Shown here: positions 9,945-19,606 of the stretch, piece by piece | How the letters are laid out: each line of letters opens with the position of its first letter | Numbering within the stretch: the stretch's first letter is position 1 | Source: a virus | Lineage: Duplodnaviria > Caudoviricetes | IMG/VR virus record: IMGVR_UViG_3300027804_000057 | Location: 21,934-85,933 of that record | Strand: one strand, 5' to 3' | DNA length: 64,000 bases | Program-made: the position numbers and the translations under genes | Notes under the pieces: model-generated | What the model was told of the DNA's origin: nothing | The model's database searches: none | Seen by the model: only the letters and a program-made list of their open reading frames with translations

Positions 9945-12900
9945 TGTTTAATGCTGGTGTTCGTGGTAAAAGAGCAAAAGACGGTGTTGGTTTTTTATCA
10001 ACTGCCGAACAGTTTAATCAAAAGAGTTTTCTTGTTCCAACAGTAACATCATTCTCGGTTACTGACGTTTCTTATGTTCCACTAGATAACACTGCCGTAG
10101 ATACTGCAGGTGGTGAAACGATTGTTATTAATGGTTCAGGTTTTGCTCCTGGTGCCACAGTTCAAGTTGGTGCCACAACAATTGGTTCAGTAACATTCAT
10201 TGACCAAAACAGATTGGCATTCACTGCACCAGCACTCAGTTCTGGCAGTTACACAATCTATGTCACAAACAGTAATGGTGGTACAGGCATATTATTATCT
10301 GGTTTGGTGTATTCTGGATTACCAACATATACAACAACGGCAGGAACACTAGGCACAATCTATGAAACTGCAAACATCAATACTGCCGTTGTTGCCACAG
10401 GTGATGCGCCGATTACATATTCGGTAATATCAGGTACATTGCCATCTGGTGCAACGCTAAATTCAAATGGTACAATCACTGGTAATGCACCAGTCGATGG
10501 TTCAAGTACAACATATTCATTTACAATTCAAGCATCTGACGCACAGTTACAAGATTCTACACGTGCATTTACGTTAACAATTAATACAGATGTTTTGACT
10601 TGGGGACTGGCAAACAATACAGTGTATTCATTGGATGGTGGTACAACAATGTCCAACGTTACATTGAGTGCAACAAGTTCGGCTAATTCAAACTCTGCTG
10701 TGACATTTGCAGCCAATACATTACCGACAGGTGTGTCTTTATCTGGCAATACAATATTTGGAACACCAACAACAGAACAAACAGTCTATTCTACATTGAC
10801 TGCTACTGCAACTCAAACAGGAAGAACTGCGACTCGTTTTGTTTCTTGGGTAGTTTCTGTTTCAGATTTGTTTTTTAAATATAATACACTAGCAATTCAA
10901 GGTGCTGATACAACATTTGTAGATGATGCTAGTACGAATAACTTTGCTGTAACAATTAATGGCGATACAAAGCCAAACAGTTTTAACCCATACACACCGG
11001 GTTATTATAGTAATTATTTTGATGGATTGGGTGATTGGTTGACAATACCTAATAATACAGGGTTTGCGTTTGGATCGGGTGCATTTACTATTGAGATGTG
11101 GGTAAATATAAGTGGATCCAGTGGAACAGTAGCTAATTATTCAAATGGGCAAACATCCAATTCAAATTTTTCATGGGAGTTATATCAGGTTAATTCAACT
11201 ACTATAAATTTTTCAGTGTTAGAAGGTGCCACACAGTACTCATCCTCATCAGCTTCATTTTCATTAAACAAATGGAATCATATTGCTTGTGTTAGAAATG
11301 GTAATACACTAACTATTTATGTAAATGGAGTAGCCGGCGGAACTACTGCAAATTTAACCGGAGTTACTGTTACTGAACCAGCAGGATCAACACTTAAATT
11401 ATGTTCATATGGCAATGGTTCAAGTTATGTAACTGGTTATATTTCTAACTTCCGAGTAGTTAAAGGCACTGCGGTATATACAGCGGCATTTACTCCAAGC
11501 ACTACACCACTTACAGCAATATCCGGTACAAGTGTATTAACCTGTCAATCTAATCGTTTTATTGATACTAGTACTAATGCATTAACAATAACAGTTACTG
11601 GCAATACATTAATAAGTTCATTTGATCCATTCATACCAAACAGTAGTTATAGTACATATGGTAGTGGATACTTTGATGGTACTGGGGATTATTTAGGTTT
11701 AGGTAGCAATTCTTCATCTTCATTTGGTACAAGTAATTTTACTGTTGAATGCTGGGTGTACATGACTGCTAACAGCAGTTACAGGATGCTATTAGGAAAT
11801 GGCACATCTTATTTATGCGTTGTTGATGGTGCGTTAAATGCTTTTTACACTGGTGTAAGTATTTCTAGTACTAGTACAGTTCCCTTAAATACTTGGACTC
11901 ATGTTGCATTTGTTCGTTCTTCAGGAACAATGTATTTTTATATTAATGGGATTTTATCAGGTTCAGGAGCGTTTGGTGGTACGTGGGGTGCAATTGGTGT
12001 AAGTAATATTGGCTTTTCAGCGGCATATCCTGGCTTGTATTTTTACACCGGATATATCTCTGACCTGCGTATAGTTAAAGAAACTGCAGTATACACCACA
12101 GCATTCACACCTCCATCAGCACCATTAACCGCTATAGCAAATACAAGTTTATTAACATTACAAAACAATCAATCAGTAAACAATAGTGTGTTTTTAGATA
12201 ATAGTACTAATAATTTTTTAGTGACACGCAACGGTAATGCTACTCAAGGTACATTTAGTCCTTATGGTGGTAACTGGAGTAACTACTTTGGTGGACAAAT
12301 GGTTTCAACATTAAGTCCATCTTCTACTAAATTTAATTTGACAGGTGATTTCACACTTGAAGCATATGTATTTCTTACTGCATTACCTGGTGGTGATTGG
12401 GGCATTTTAGATGCAAGGACCGCAGGAGCTAGTCCAACATCATGGTTATTTGGATTCAATGGATCCGGTAAAATGCAATACTATGATGGAACCGCACGTG
12501 TTGGTGCAACCACAATTACTCTCAACACTTGGCATCACGTATCATGGGTTAGAAATGGTTCTGTATTACGTGCATATTTAAATGGTGTTTTAGATTATTA
12601 CAACGGATCATATGGTACAAGTGCAATTAGTCCGGGTTCAACTGCTCCGGTTATTGGTACTAAAGATTATGGCATCAGTGCGGCATGGGGAACAACAGGT
12701 TATATTAGTAACCTAAGAGTTGTTAATGGCACGGCTGTTTATACAACATCATCAACAACAGTTGGTACAACAATATTTACACCAAGTACTACACCATTAA
12801 CACCAATTGCAAATACAACTTTATTGACATGTGCTGATAGTAGATTTATAGATGACAGTATAAACAACTATACTATAACACCAAGTTCTACTACAATTTC

Positions 12901-14746
12901 AGCACAACGTTTCAGTCCATTCAATCCATCATCAGTAACCCCAACAAGTTATAGTGGTTATTTTGATGGTACGGGGGATTACTTGACATGGTCTGGTACT
13001 ACAGTTGGTACAGGAGCAATGACTTTTGAATGCTGGTTTTATTATACAGGTTCTTTTAGCGGAATATCATCTTTCATCGGACCGGGTAGTGCTATTACTG
13101 GTGGATTAAATTGCAATCTTAATAATTCGACAACATTTTCTTTTGATGCGTATGGCGTAACAGCTAATAATTTTACTGTTCCAACAATAGCCGCAAATAC
13201 TTGGAACCATGTCGCTTTTGTAAGAAATTCAAGCAATGTAGCAACAGTATTTTTTAATGGTGTTAGATCAAGTACAGGAACAGTATCAGATACATACAGT
13301 TATACAACTTCTGCCGCTATTGGATACACAGGTGGAGTAGTCCCGAGAAATTGGATTGGATATATTTCCAACGCAAGATTGGTTGTTGGGTCTAATGTTT
13401 ACGACCCAACCTTAACAACGATTACTGTCCCAACAACTCCGTTAACCGCTATCGCAAATACAAGTTTATTAACATTACAATCACCAACATTTATTGATAA
13501 CAGTACAAACAACTTTACGATTACTGCATTTGGTAATAGTCAACCAAGACAACAAAACCCATTCGGTTATACAAGTACAACAACTAATGGCTATACACCA
13601 AGTACAATTGGCGGTAGTGTTTACTTTGACGGTACTGGTGATTATTTAAGTATTCCTGCCGGTACGTACCTGCAATTTACAGGTAATTACACTATAGAAT
13701 TTTGGATATATTTTACAAGTGTATCGGGTGACCAAGATTTAGTTTCAAATTATGTGTCTAATACATCTGCGGATTGGACTATTGTTTTATCTACAACATT
13801 CCAATATTATCCAAGTAGTGCTGCTTCAGCTGTCGTCGGACCGACTGCAATTGCTAATAGATGGTATCATTTTGCAGCAGTTAGATCCGGGACAACTTGT
13901 TCTATGTATATTGACGGCGTATCAGTTGGCACGCCATTAACTTTCTCGGGAACATTGGGCGATGCAACAAGACCAGCATATATAGGTTCAAGAGGTGGTA
14001 GTAGTAATTTTACACGTGGTTATATGTCAGATGTCCGAATTACAAAATCTGCACTATACACAAGTAACTTTGTACCACCTGCACAACCACTACTCGCAGT
14101 ACAAAATACAGTATCATTACTTAATATGACCAGTGCTGGTATCTACGATGCCGCAATGATGACTACAATGGAAACACTAGGTGATGCAAAACTAAGTACA
14201 GCAGTAACTAAGTTTGGTTCTAGTAGTATGAGTTTTGATGGTACTGGGGATTATTTAAAAGCACCCTACAATCCAGCATACTCGTTACCCGGAGACTTTA
14301 CGGTAGAAACATGGATTTATTTAACATCGGCTGCAGGAACAGGTAATCAAACTATTGCCTCTTATCAATATAATAATTCTGATGGAACAGGAGTTTGGGG
14401 ATTTTACTTAAACGGATCTGGACCTTACACTCTATATTTTAATACACAAGGTACTAACCATGCTAGTACTACTACTGTTGCTATTCCTATTAATACTTGG
14501 ACACACGTTACTTATTGTAGATCAGGATCCACTGGTAGATTTTTTGTTAATGGTACCATTGTAGGTTCAAGTGTAGCTGATTCTAGCACATATAGTTCAA
14601 CTTCAGGATCATTATTCGTTGGTATTATGTCTAACGCATCATCAGCTCCGTTATATGGTTATTTAGACGACTTCCGTATTACTAACGGTTATGCACGTTA
14701 TACAAGTAACTTTACGCCACCAACCACAACATTTAAAATCAAGTAA
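9944..14746 (+). CDS. Virion protein with IPT/TIG and Ig-like N-terminal domains and six LamG/concanavalin-A-like domains (putative receptor-binding)
   Basis: VING.GF..GA.V.VG IPT pattern; six repeats of YFDGTGDYL...FTxExW...W.HVA.VR...Y.NG...GYIS..R. Confidence 0.85.
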   Translation: MFNAGVRGKRAKDGVGFLSTAEQFNQKSFLVPTVTSFSVTDVSYVPLDNTAVDTAGGETIVINGSGFAPGATVQVGATTIGSVTFIDQNRLAFTAPALSSGSYTIYVTNSNGGTGILLSGLVYSGLPTYTTTAGTLGTIYETANINTAVVATGDAPITYSVISGTLPSGATLNSNGTITGNAPVDGSSTTYSFTIQASDAQLQDSTRAFTLTINTDVLTWGLANNTVYSLDGGTTMSNVTLSATSSANSNSAVTFAANTLPTGVSLSGNTIFGTPTTEQTVYSTLTATATQTGRTATRFVSWVVSVSDLFFKYNTLAIQGADTTFVDDASTNNFAVTINGDTKPNSFNPYTPGYYSNYFDGLGDWLTIPNNTGFAFGSGAFTIEMWVNISGSSGTVANYSNGQTSNSNFSWELYQVNSTTINFSVLEGATQYSSSSASFSLNKWNHIACVRNGNTLTIYVNGVAGGTTANLTGVTVTEPAGSTLKLCSYGNGSSYVTGYISNFRVVKGTAVYTAAFTPSTTPLTAISGTSVLTCQSNRFIDTSTNALTITVTGNTLISSFDPFIPNSSYSTYGSGYFDGTGDYLGLGSNSSSSFGTSNFTVECWVYMTANSSYRMLLGNGTSYLCVVDGALNAFYTGVSISSTSTVPLNTWTHVAFVRSSGTMYFYINGILSGSGAFGGTWGAIGVSNIGFSAAYPGLYFYTGYISDLRIVKETAVYTTAFTPPSAPLTAIANTSLLTLQNNQSVNNSVFLDNSTNNFLVTRNGNATQGTFSPYGGNWSNYFGGQMVSTLSPSSTKFNLTGDFTLEAYVFLTALPGGDWGILDARTAGASPTSWLFGFNGSGKMQYYDGTARVGATTITLNTWHHVSWVRNGSVLRAYLNGVLDYYNGSYGTSAISPGSTAPVIGTKDYGISAAWGTTGYISNLRVVNGTAVYTTSSTTVGTTIFTPSTTPLTPIANTTLLTCADSRFIDDSINNYTITPSSTTISAQRFSPFNPSSVTPTSYSGYFDGTGDYLTWSGTTVGTGAMTFECWFYYTGSFSGISSFIGPGSAITGGLNCNLNNSTTFSFDAYGVTANNFTVPTIAANTWNHVAFVRNSSNVATVFFNGVRSSTGTVSDTYSYTTSAAIGYTGGVVPRNWIGYISNARLVVGSNVYDPTLTTITVPTTPLTAIANTSLLTLQSPTFIDNSTNNFTITAFGNSQPRQQNPFGYTSTTTNGYTPSTIGGSVYFDGTGDYLSIPAGTYLQFTGNYTIEFWIYFTSVSGDQDLVSNYVSNTSADWTIVLSTTFQYYPSSAASAVVGPTAIANRWYHFAAVRSGTTCSMYIDGVSVGTPLTFSGTLGDATRPAYIGSRGGSSNFTRGYMSDVRITKSALYTSNFVPPAQPLLAVQNTVSLLNMTSAGIYDAAMMTTMETLGDAKLSTAVTKFGSSSMSFDGTGDYLKAPYNPAYSLPGDFTVETWIYLTSAAGTGNQTIASYQYNNSDGTGVWGFYLNGSGPYTLYFNTQGTNHASTTTVAIPINTWTHVTYCRSGSTGRFFVNGTIVGSSVADSSTYSSTSGSLFVGIMSNASSAPLYGYLDDFRITNGYARYTSNFTPPTTTFKIK

Positions 14747-14759
14747 AGATAAATAGTAC

Positions 14760-15023
14760 ATGGCACTAACAAAAATACAACCAGCAAACTTAGACTCAGC
14801 CAATGACTTCTCTTCATTGGTGACCTCAGTATTCTTAATTGCTAACTCTGCTTATCAAACTGCAAACACTGCATCCACCAATTATTTTCCGGCCGGAGAT
14901 TATGGTTCCGTTGTACCTGCTGCAGGAACTTTAGACGAAGAAACCGTTGTTACATATGATTTGAAGACAGAACCTTCAACGCCAGCAAATTACTTTCTAG
15001 AGTTGGACTTTGGACCACTCTAA
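14760..15023 (+). CDS. Small virion structural protein
   Basis: 87 aa, MALTKI start, preceded by GATAAATA. Confidence 0.65.
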   Translation: MALTKIQPANLDSANDFSSLVTSVFLIANSAYQTANTASTNYFPAGDYGSVVPAAGTLDEETVVTYDLKTEPSTPANYFLELDFGPL

Positions 15024-15054
15024 ACATAAATAGAATATAAAAAAGGACTTTTAA

Positions 15055-16929
15055 ATGCCAACACAGATACAATTAAGAAGAGGTAGTACTGTACAAACGT
15101 CTACCTTTACTGGCGCAGCAGGTGAGATTACAGTAGATACCGATAAGAAAGTAGTTGTTGTACACGATGGTTCTTCTGCTGGTGGTATTCCTCTTGCACG
15201 TGGTAATCATGCACAAGCTGCGTTTGATGCGGCCAATACTACATCAACTGGTGCAACTTCTGCTGGTTCGTATGCCAACTCTGCTTACTCAACGGCAAAC
15301 ACGGCTGCAACCAATGCTTTATCTGCTGGTGTATATGCTAATGCAGCCTTTTCAGCTGCCAACAATGCAGTAGATACATGGGTTAGAAATGCCGCAAACT
15401 CAGCAAGTTCTTATGCCAATGGTGCTTTTGCAGTGGCCAACACCAAGTTCTCATCAACCGGTGGCACTATTTCTGGTGACGTTGTTATCACTGGTAACTT
15501 GAGTGTATCGGGCAACGTATTCCAAGTTGACGCAACAAATCTAAGCGTTGAAGATAATATGATTTATCTTAACGCAAATAATACCGTGGCGAATCCTGAC
15601 CTTGGTTTTGCTGGTAACTACAACGATGGTGCTTATCACCACGCAGGTATGTTCCGTGATGCCACCGATGGAATATGGAAGTTCTTTTATAATTACGATC
15701 CTGAACCAGATGCATCACCTTATATTGACACAAGTCATGCATCATTTAGAATTGCCAACATTACGGCTAATTTGATTACTGACGTTGCGACTATCCGTGG
15801 TTACGATCCAATCAATCATTCTAATGCCGCTTATGCACAAGCTAATGCCGCATATAACGCAGCCAATAACTCAACTGATACGTGGGTTCGTAACGCAACC
15901 AATGCCGCAAGTTCGTATGCCAACTCTGCATATGCTGTTGCGAATACTGGTAATACGACTGCAACTTCAGCTTCTAGTTATGCCAACTCAGCATATCTAC
16001 AGGCAAATACTGCTACGACAAATGCGGCAACTGCTGACCAACGTGCGGTAACTTCTGGTGTTTATGCCAATGCTGCCTATGGTGTTGCAAACTCCGCAAG
16101 TTCTTATGCCAACGGTGCTTTCACACAGGCAAACTCTGCATTCAATAACGGTACTTCTGCGTCTTCGTATGCCAATGGTGCATTCTCTGCAGCTAATGCA
16201 GCCAGTTCTTATGCCAACTCTGCATATGCAAAGGCCAATACAGCTGGCGGTGGTTCAGGACTATTCAACTCTGCAATTAACGTAGCAACTGGTTACGCAA
16301 TCACAAGTTCTTTGGCCAATGCCGTTGTATTCACTGCAAATGCCACAATTTATTCTATCTACGTAACAAACATTGGTCCAGATGTTAATGCTGCCGTGAC
16401 TGTTACTGCTGACTTTACACCAACAGGTTCTTCTGCAAACGTTTCTTTGTTTAGAAATATTCCAATTCCATCTCGTTCTTCTGTAGAGATGTTGAAGAAA
16501 CCACAAGTTGTTAAGGCAAATGACATTATCAAAATGCAATCGTTTGTCAATGGCACTGCAGCATCTTCTAATGCACACGTAACTATTGTATATGAAACTA
16601 CTGCACTATCTTCATATGACAGAGCAACTGCATTGGCTGGTACTGGTTACTCCACACTTTACACTGCATCAGGTAGTCCAGCAGTTATTGAGAGTATCAA
16701 AGTTGTTAACCAAGACACTGCATTTGGCAACCATGCAATCAGTATTATCTGGTCAAACTCAAGCAATACTATTCAAGGTTACATTGCCAAAGACATTATT
16801 TTACCTGCAAACTCAACAATCGAGTTGTGTGAGGCACCAAAATATCTATATGCTGGAGATGAACTAGATATCTATTCATCATATGCTAACGTAGTGTCGG
16901 TGTTTGTGTCAGCTAAACGTACAGCATAA
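15055..16929 (+). CDS. Fibre protein with Mtd_N-like N-terminus, YANSAY repeats and two C-terminal beta-sandwich domains
   Basis: PTQIQLRRG...FTGAAGEITVDTDKK.VVVHDG..AGG matches the major-tropism-determinant N-terminal pattern; shares a ~120-aa module with 885..9575. Confidence 0.8.
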   Translation: MPTQIQLRRGSTVQTSTFTGAAGEITVDTDKKVVVVHDGSSAGGIPLARGNHAQAAFDAANTTSTGATSAGSYANSAYSTANTAATNALSAGVYANAAFSAANNAVDTWVRNAANSASSYANGAFAVANTKFSSTGGTISGDVVITGNLSVSGNVFQVDATNLSVEDNMIYLNANNTVANPDLGFAGNYNDGAYHHAGMFRDATDGIWKFFYNYDPEPDASPYIDTSHASFRIANITANLITDVATIRGYDPINHSNAAYAQANAAYNAANNSTDTWVRNATNAASSYANSAYAVANTGNTTATSASSYANSAYLQANTATTNAATADQRAVTSGVYANAAYGVANSASSYANGAFTQANSAFNNGTSASSYANGAFSAANAASSYANSAYAKANTAGGGSGLFNSAINVATGYAITSSLANAVVFTANATIYSIYVTNIGPDVNAAVTVTADFTPTGSSANVSLFRNIPIPSRSSVEMLKKPQVVKANDIIKMQSFVNGTAASSNAHVTIVYETTALSSYDRATALAGTGYSTLYTASGSPAVIESIKVVNQDTAFGNHAISIIWSNSSNTIQGYIAKDIILPANSTIELCEAPKYLYAGDELDIYSSYANVVSVFVSAKRTA

Positions 16930-16939
16930 GAGAATCAAC

Positions 16940-17896
16940 ATGGCAATCAGTGGAATATTATCATCTCAGAATCATTACAACCAGAGGGTTAGTGGTTCAT
17001 GGCCAACTAGTTTTTATGTGTATGCACCTGTTCTTACCCAGAAAGCTATATTTGGATATGGGTTTCAGTCGAGTGGCGCGTTATCCATGACCAACCTAGT
17101 ATCAAATACAGGTGTAGTTGATAATGATGTAACTGGTGTAGGTACTGCTAGACGTTATCTAGCGGCAGCAGGATATGGTAGTGATAAAGCTATATTTGGA
17201 TATGGACATAGTGGTGTATCACGTATATCGATAACCAATCTAGTATCAAATACAGGTGTAGTTGCTAGTGATACGGCAGGTGTAGGTACTGGTAGAAGTG
17301 ACCTAGCGGCTGCCGGTTATGGAAGTTCTGGTCAAGCTATTTTTGGATATGGATTTTCTGATGTAGGTTATCAATCAGTAACTAATCTAGTATCAAACAC
17401 AGGTGTCGTTGCTACCGATACAACGGGTGTTGGTACTGCTAGATTTGCACTTGCGGCCGCAGGATATGGCGGTGATAAAGCTATATTTGGATATGGATAC
17501 AGTACTAATATAACCAATCTAGTATCAAATACAGGTGTAGTTGCTAGTGATACGGCAGGTGTTGGTACTGCTAGAAGTTATCTCGCAGCCGCAAGGTATG
17601 GTAGTGATAAAGCACTATTTGGATATGGTAACAATGGTGGACTTTATCAATCAATAACCAATCTAGTATCAAACACAGGTGTTGTTTCTACTGATACTGC
17701 AGGTGTCGGTACTGCTAGAAGTTCTTTAGCAGCCGCAGGTTATGGTGGTGATAAAGCTATATTTGGATATGGAAATGGCGGATCAAATACATCAGTAACC
17801 AATCTAGTATCAAACACTGGTGTAGTTGCTACTAATACCGCTGGTGTTGGTACTGCTAGACAAGGCCTTGCAGCTGCTGGTTTTTCACTAACATAA
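16940..17896 (+). CDS. Six-repeat beta-propeller-like (Kelch-like) protein 1
   Basis: Six ~47-aa repeats AIFGYG-variable-TNLVSNTGVVA.DT.GVGTAR..LAAAGYG; start placed at ATG 16940 after upstream stop. Confidence 0.8.
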   Translation: MAISGILSSQNHYNQRVSGSWPTSFYVYAPVLTQKAIFGYGFQSSGALSMTNLVSNTGVVDNDVTGVGTARRYLAAAGYGSDKAIFGYGHSGVSRISITNLVSNTGVVASDTAGVGTGRSDLAAAGYGSSGQAIFGYGFSDVGYQSVTNLVSNTGVVATDTTGVGTARFALAAAGYGGDKAIFGYGYSTNITNLVSNTGVVASDTAGVGTARSYLAAARYGSDKALFGYGNNGGLYQSITNLVSNTGVVSTDTAGVGTARSSLAAAGYGGDKAIFGYGNGGSNTSVTNLVSNTGVVATNTAGVGTARQGLAAAGFSLT

Positions 17897-17929
17897 ATAC
17901 ATATTTAAACATTATTATGAGGAATCATT

Positions 17930-18598
17930 ATGGCATCAAATCTAAACTCTGAATTCAACTATCGTTATCAAGTTATTGGTAGCACACCATGGGAAAAAAT
18001 TAAAACTCTACAAGGCTTCTTAGTCGGTAGAAAACGTGCAGCGGTACTAGAAGAATGTGGCGAACTTAAATATCGAGCTAAACTTGAAGAATTGAAACAT
18101 CTAAAAGAAGTACCTGCATTACCACATATTATTCTTAACTTACAAGCAGAAATTATTGAACTAGAATCACACTTAGATGACCAAAAACATGCTTTTGAAT
18201 TGAATCGTAAAGAGATTAAAATATTGGAAAAACTAATGGCTGAACTCTATGCTGAAGTCGAACCAACAAGACTTAAGCATGAAGACGGTACACCTTATAC
18301 TGATGACGAAATGTTTGAAGCTAATGCTAACTATGAATTCACGGTAACTATTGGTCGTGAGATTCAATCGGAAATTATTGCTTTGGGAAGACCTAGTCCA
18401 GCTAAACTATTAAATGCAATGAGTAATCCACAGACATTAGAATCATTGATGCAAATTGGTCTTGTACCACAAGGTACTATGTTACTAGAGCAGAAAGATA
18501 TTATGTTACAATTAACTAATCAACGAACTGCTACAATGGAACCACCAAAAGAATTAGGTACATCTGTTCCTAAAAAGAAAACAAAGAAAAAGATGTAG
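17930..18598 (+). CDS. Hypothetical helical/coiled-coil protein within the propeller cluster
   Basis: 222 aa, GAGG SD, preceded by CATAAATA; function unknown. Confidence 0.75.
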   Translation: MASNLNSEFNYRYQVIGSTPWEKIKTLQGFLVGRKRAAVLEECGELKYRAKLEELKHLKEVPALPHIILNLQAEIIELESHLDDQKHAFELNRKEIKILEKLMAELYAEVEPTRLKHEDGTPYTDDEMFEANANYEFTVTIGREIQSEIIALGRPSPAKLLNAMSNPQTLESLMQIGLVPQGTMLLEQKDIMLQLTNQRTATMEPPKELGTSVPKKKTKKKM

Positions 18599-18635
18599 TT
18601 GTACTAATCAGTAACAACACAACAGGGTAAAACAA

Positions 18636-19595
18636 ATGAGTCTTTTAAACGATATTTTTTCGCTGCGCCAGATGAATGACCTGAGAGCAGATGGGTTGTG
18701 GCCGACTAGTGTTTATGTAGCACTTACCGGCACACAGAAAGCTATATTTGGATATGGATTTAATAATAATAATCTCTCAATTACCAACCTAGTAACTAAT
18801 ACTGGTGTTGTTGGTAATGATGTTACAGGAGTCGGTACTGCTAGAAGGGCTCTAGCAGCCGCAGGGTATGGTGGTGATAAGGCCATATTTGGATATGGGA
18901 CTGGTGCTCCATTCGCTGTCTCAATGACCAACCTAGTATCAAATACCGGTGTAGTTGCTAGTGATACTGCTGGAGTAGGAACTGCTAGAAGTGTATTAGC
19001 AGCCGCAGGTTATGGTACTGATAAAGCTATATTTGGATATGGAACTGGCGGGCCAAATACATCAGTAACCAATCTAGTATCAAACACAGGTGTAGTTGCT
19101 AGTGATACTACAGGTGTTGGTACTGCTAGAGGTTATTTAGCAGCCGCAGGTTATGGTGGTGATAAAGCTATATTTGGATATGGAAATGGCGGATCAAATA
19201 CATCAGTAACCAATCTAGTATCTAATACAGGGGTAGTTGCTACTGATACTGCAGGTGTAGGTACAGGTAGATTAGAATTAGCAGCCGCAAGTTATGGGAC
19301 TGATAAAGCTATATTCGGATATGGTGGAACCACTGTAAATGTATCATTAACCAACAAAGTCTCAAACACCGGTGTTGTCGCCACTGATACAACAGGGGTT
19401 GGTACTGAAAGAAAAGCACTTGCGGCTGCAGGTTATGGCACAGATAAGGCTATTTTTGGATATGGTGGTAATAGTTCTGGCACATTATATTCAATGACCA
19501 ATCTAGTATCAAACACAGGTGTAGTAGCAACTGATACCGCAGGTGTCGGTACTGCTAGATATTATCTAGCAGCCGCTGGATATTCATTAAGTTAA
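18636..19595 (+). CDS. Six-repeat beta-propeller-like protein 2
   Basis: Six copies of the same repeat; N-terminal ...GLWPT motif. Confidence 0.8.
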   Translation: MSLLNDIFSLRQMNDLRADGLWPTSVYVALTGTQKAIFGYGFNNNNLSITNLVTNTGVVGNDVTGVGTARRALAAAGYGGDKAIFGYGTGAPFAVSMTNLVSNTGVVASDTAGVGTARSVLAAAGYGTDKAIFGYGTGGPNTSVTNLVSNTGVVASDTTGVGTARGYLAAAGYGGDKAIFGYGNGGSNTSVTNLVSNTGVVATDTAGVGTGRLELAAASYGTDKAIFGYGGTTVNVSLTNKVSNTGVVATDTTGVGTERKALAAAGYGTDKAIFGYGGNSSGTLYSMTNLVSNTGVVATDTAGVGTARYYLAAAGYSLS

Positions 19596-19606
19596 AAGAG
19601 TAAAAA

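Noticed and set aside
58-16578. Many 60-130-aa alternative-frame and antisense ORFs rich in M/L/Q/H within the fibre genes
   Set aside because: Shadows of the GCx-AAT-rich repeats; no SD, no motifs, fully nested in long ORFs
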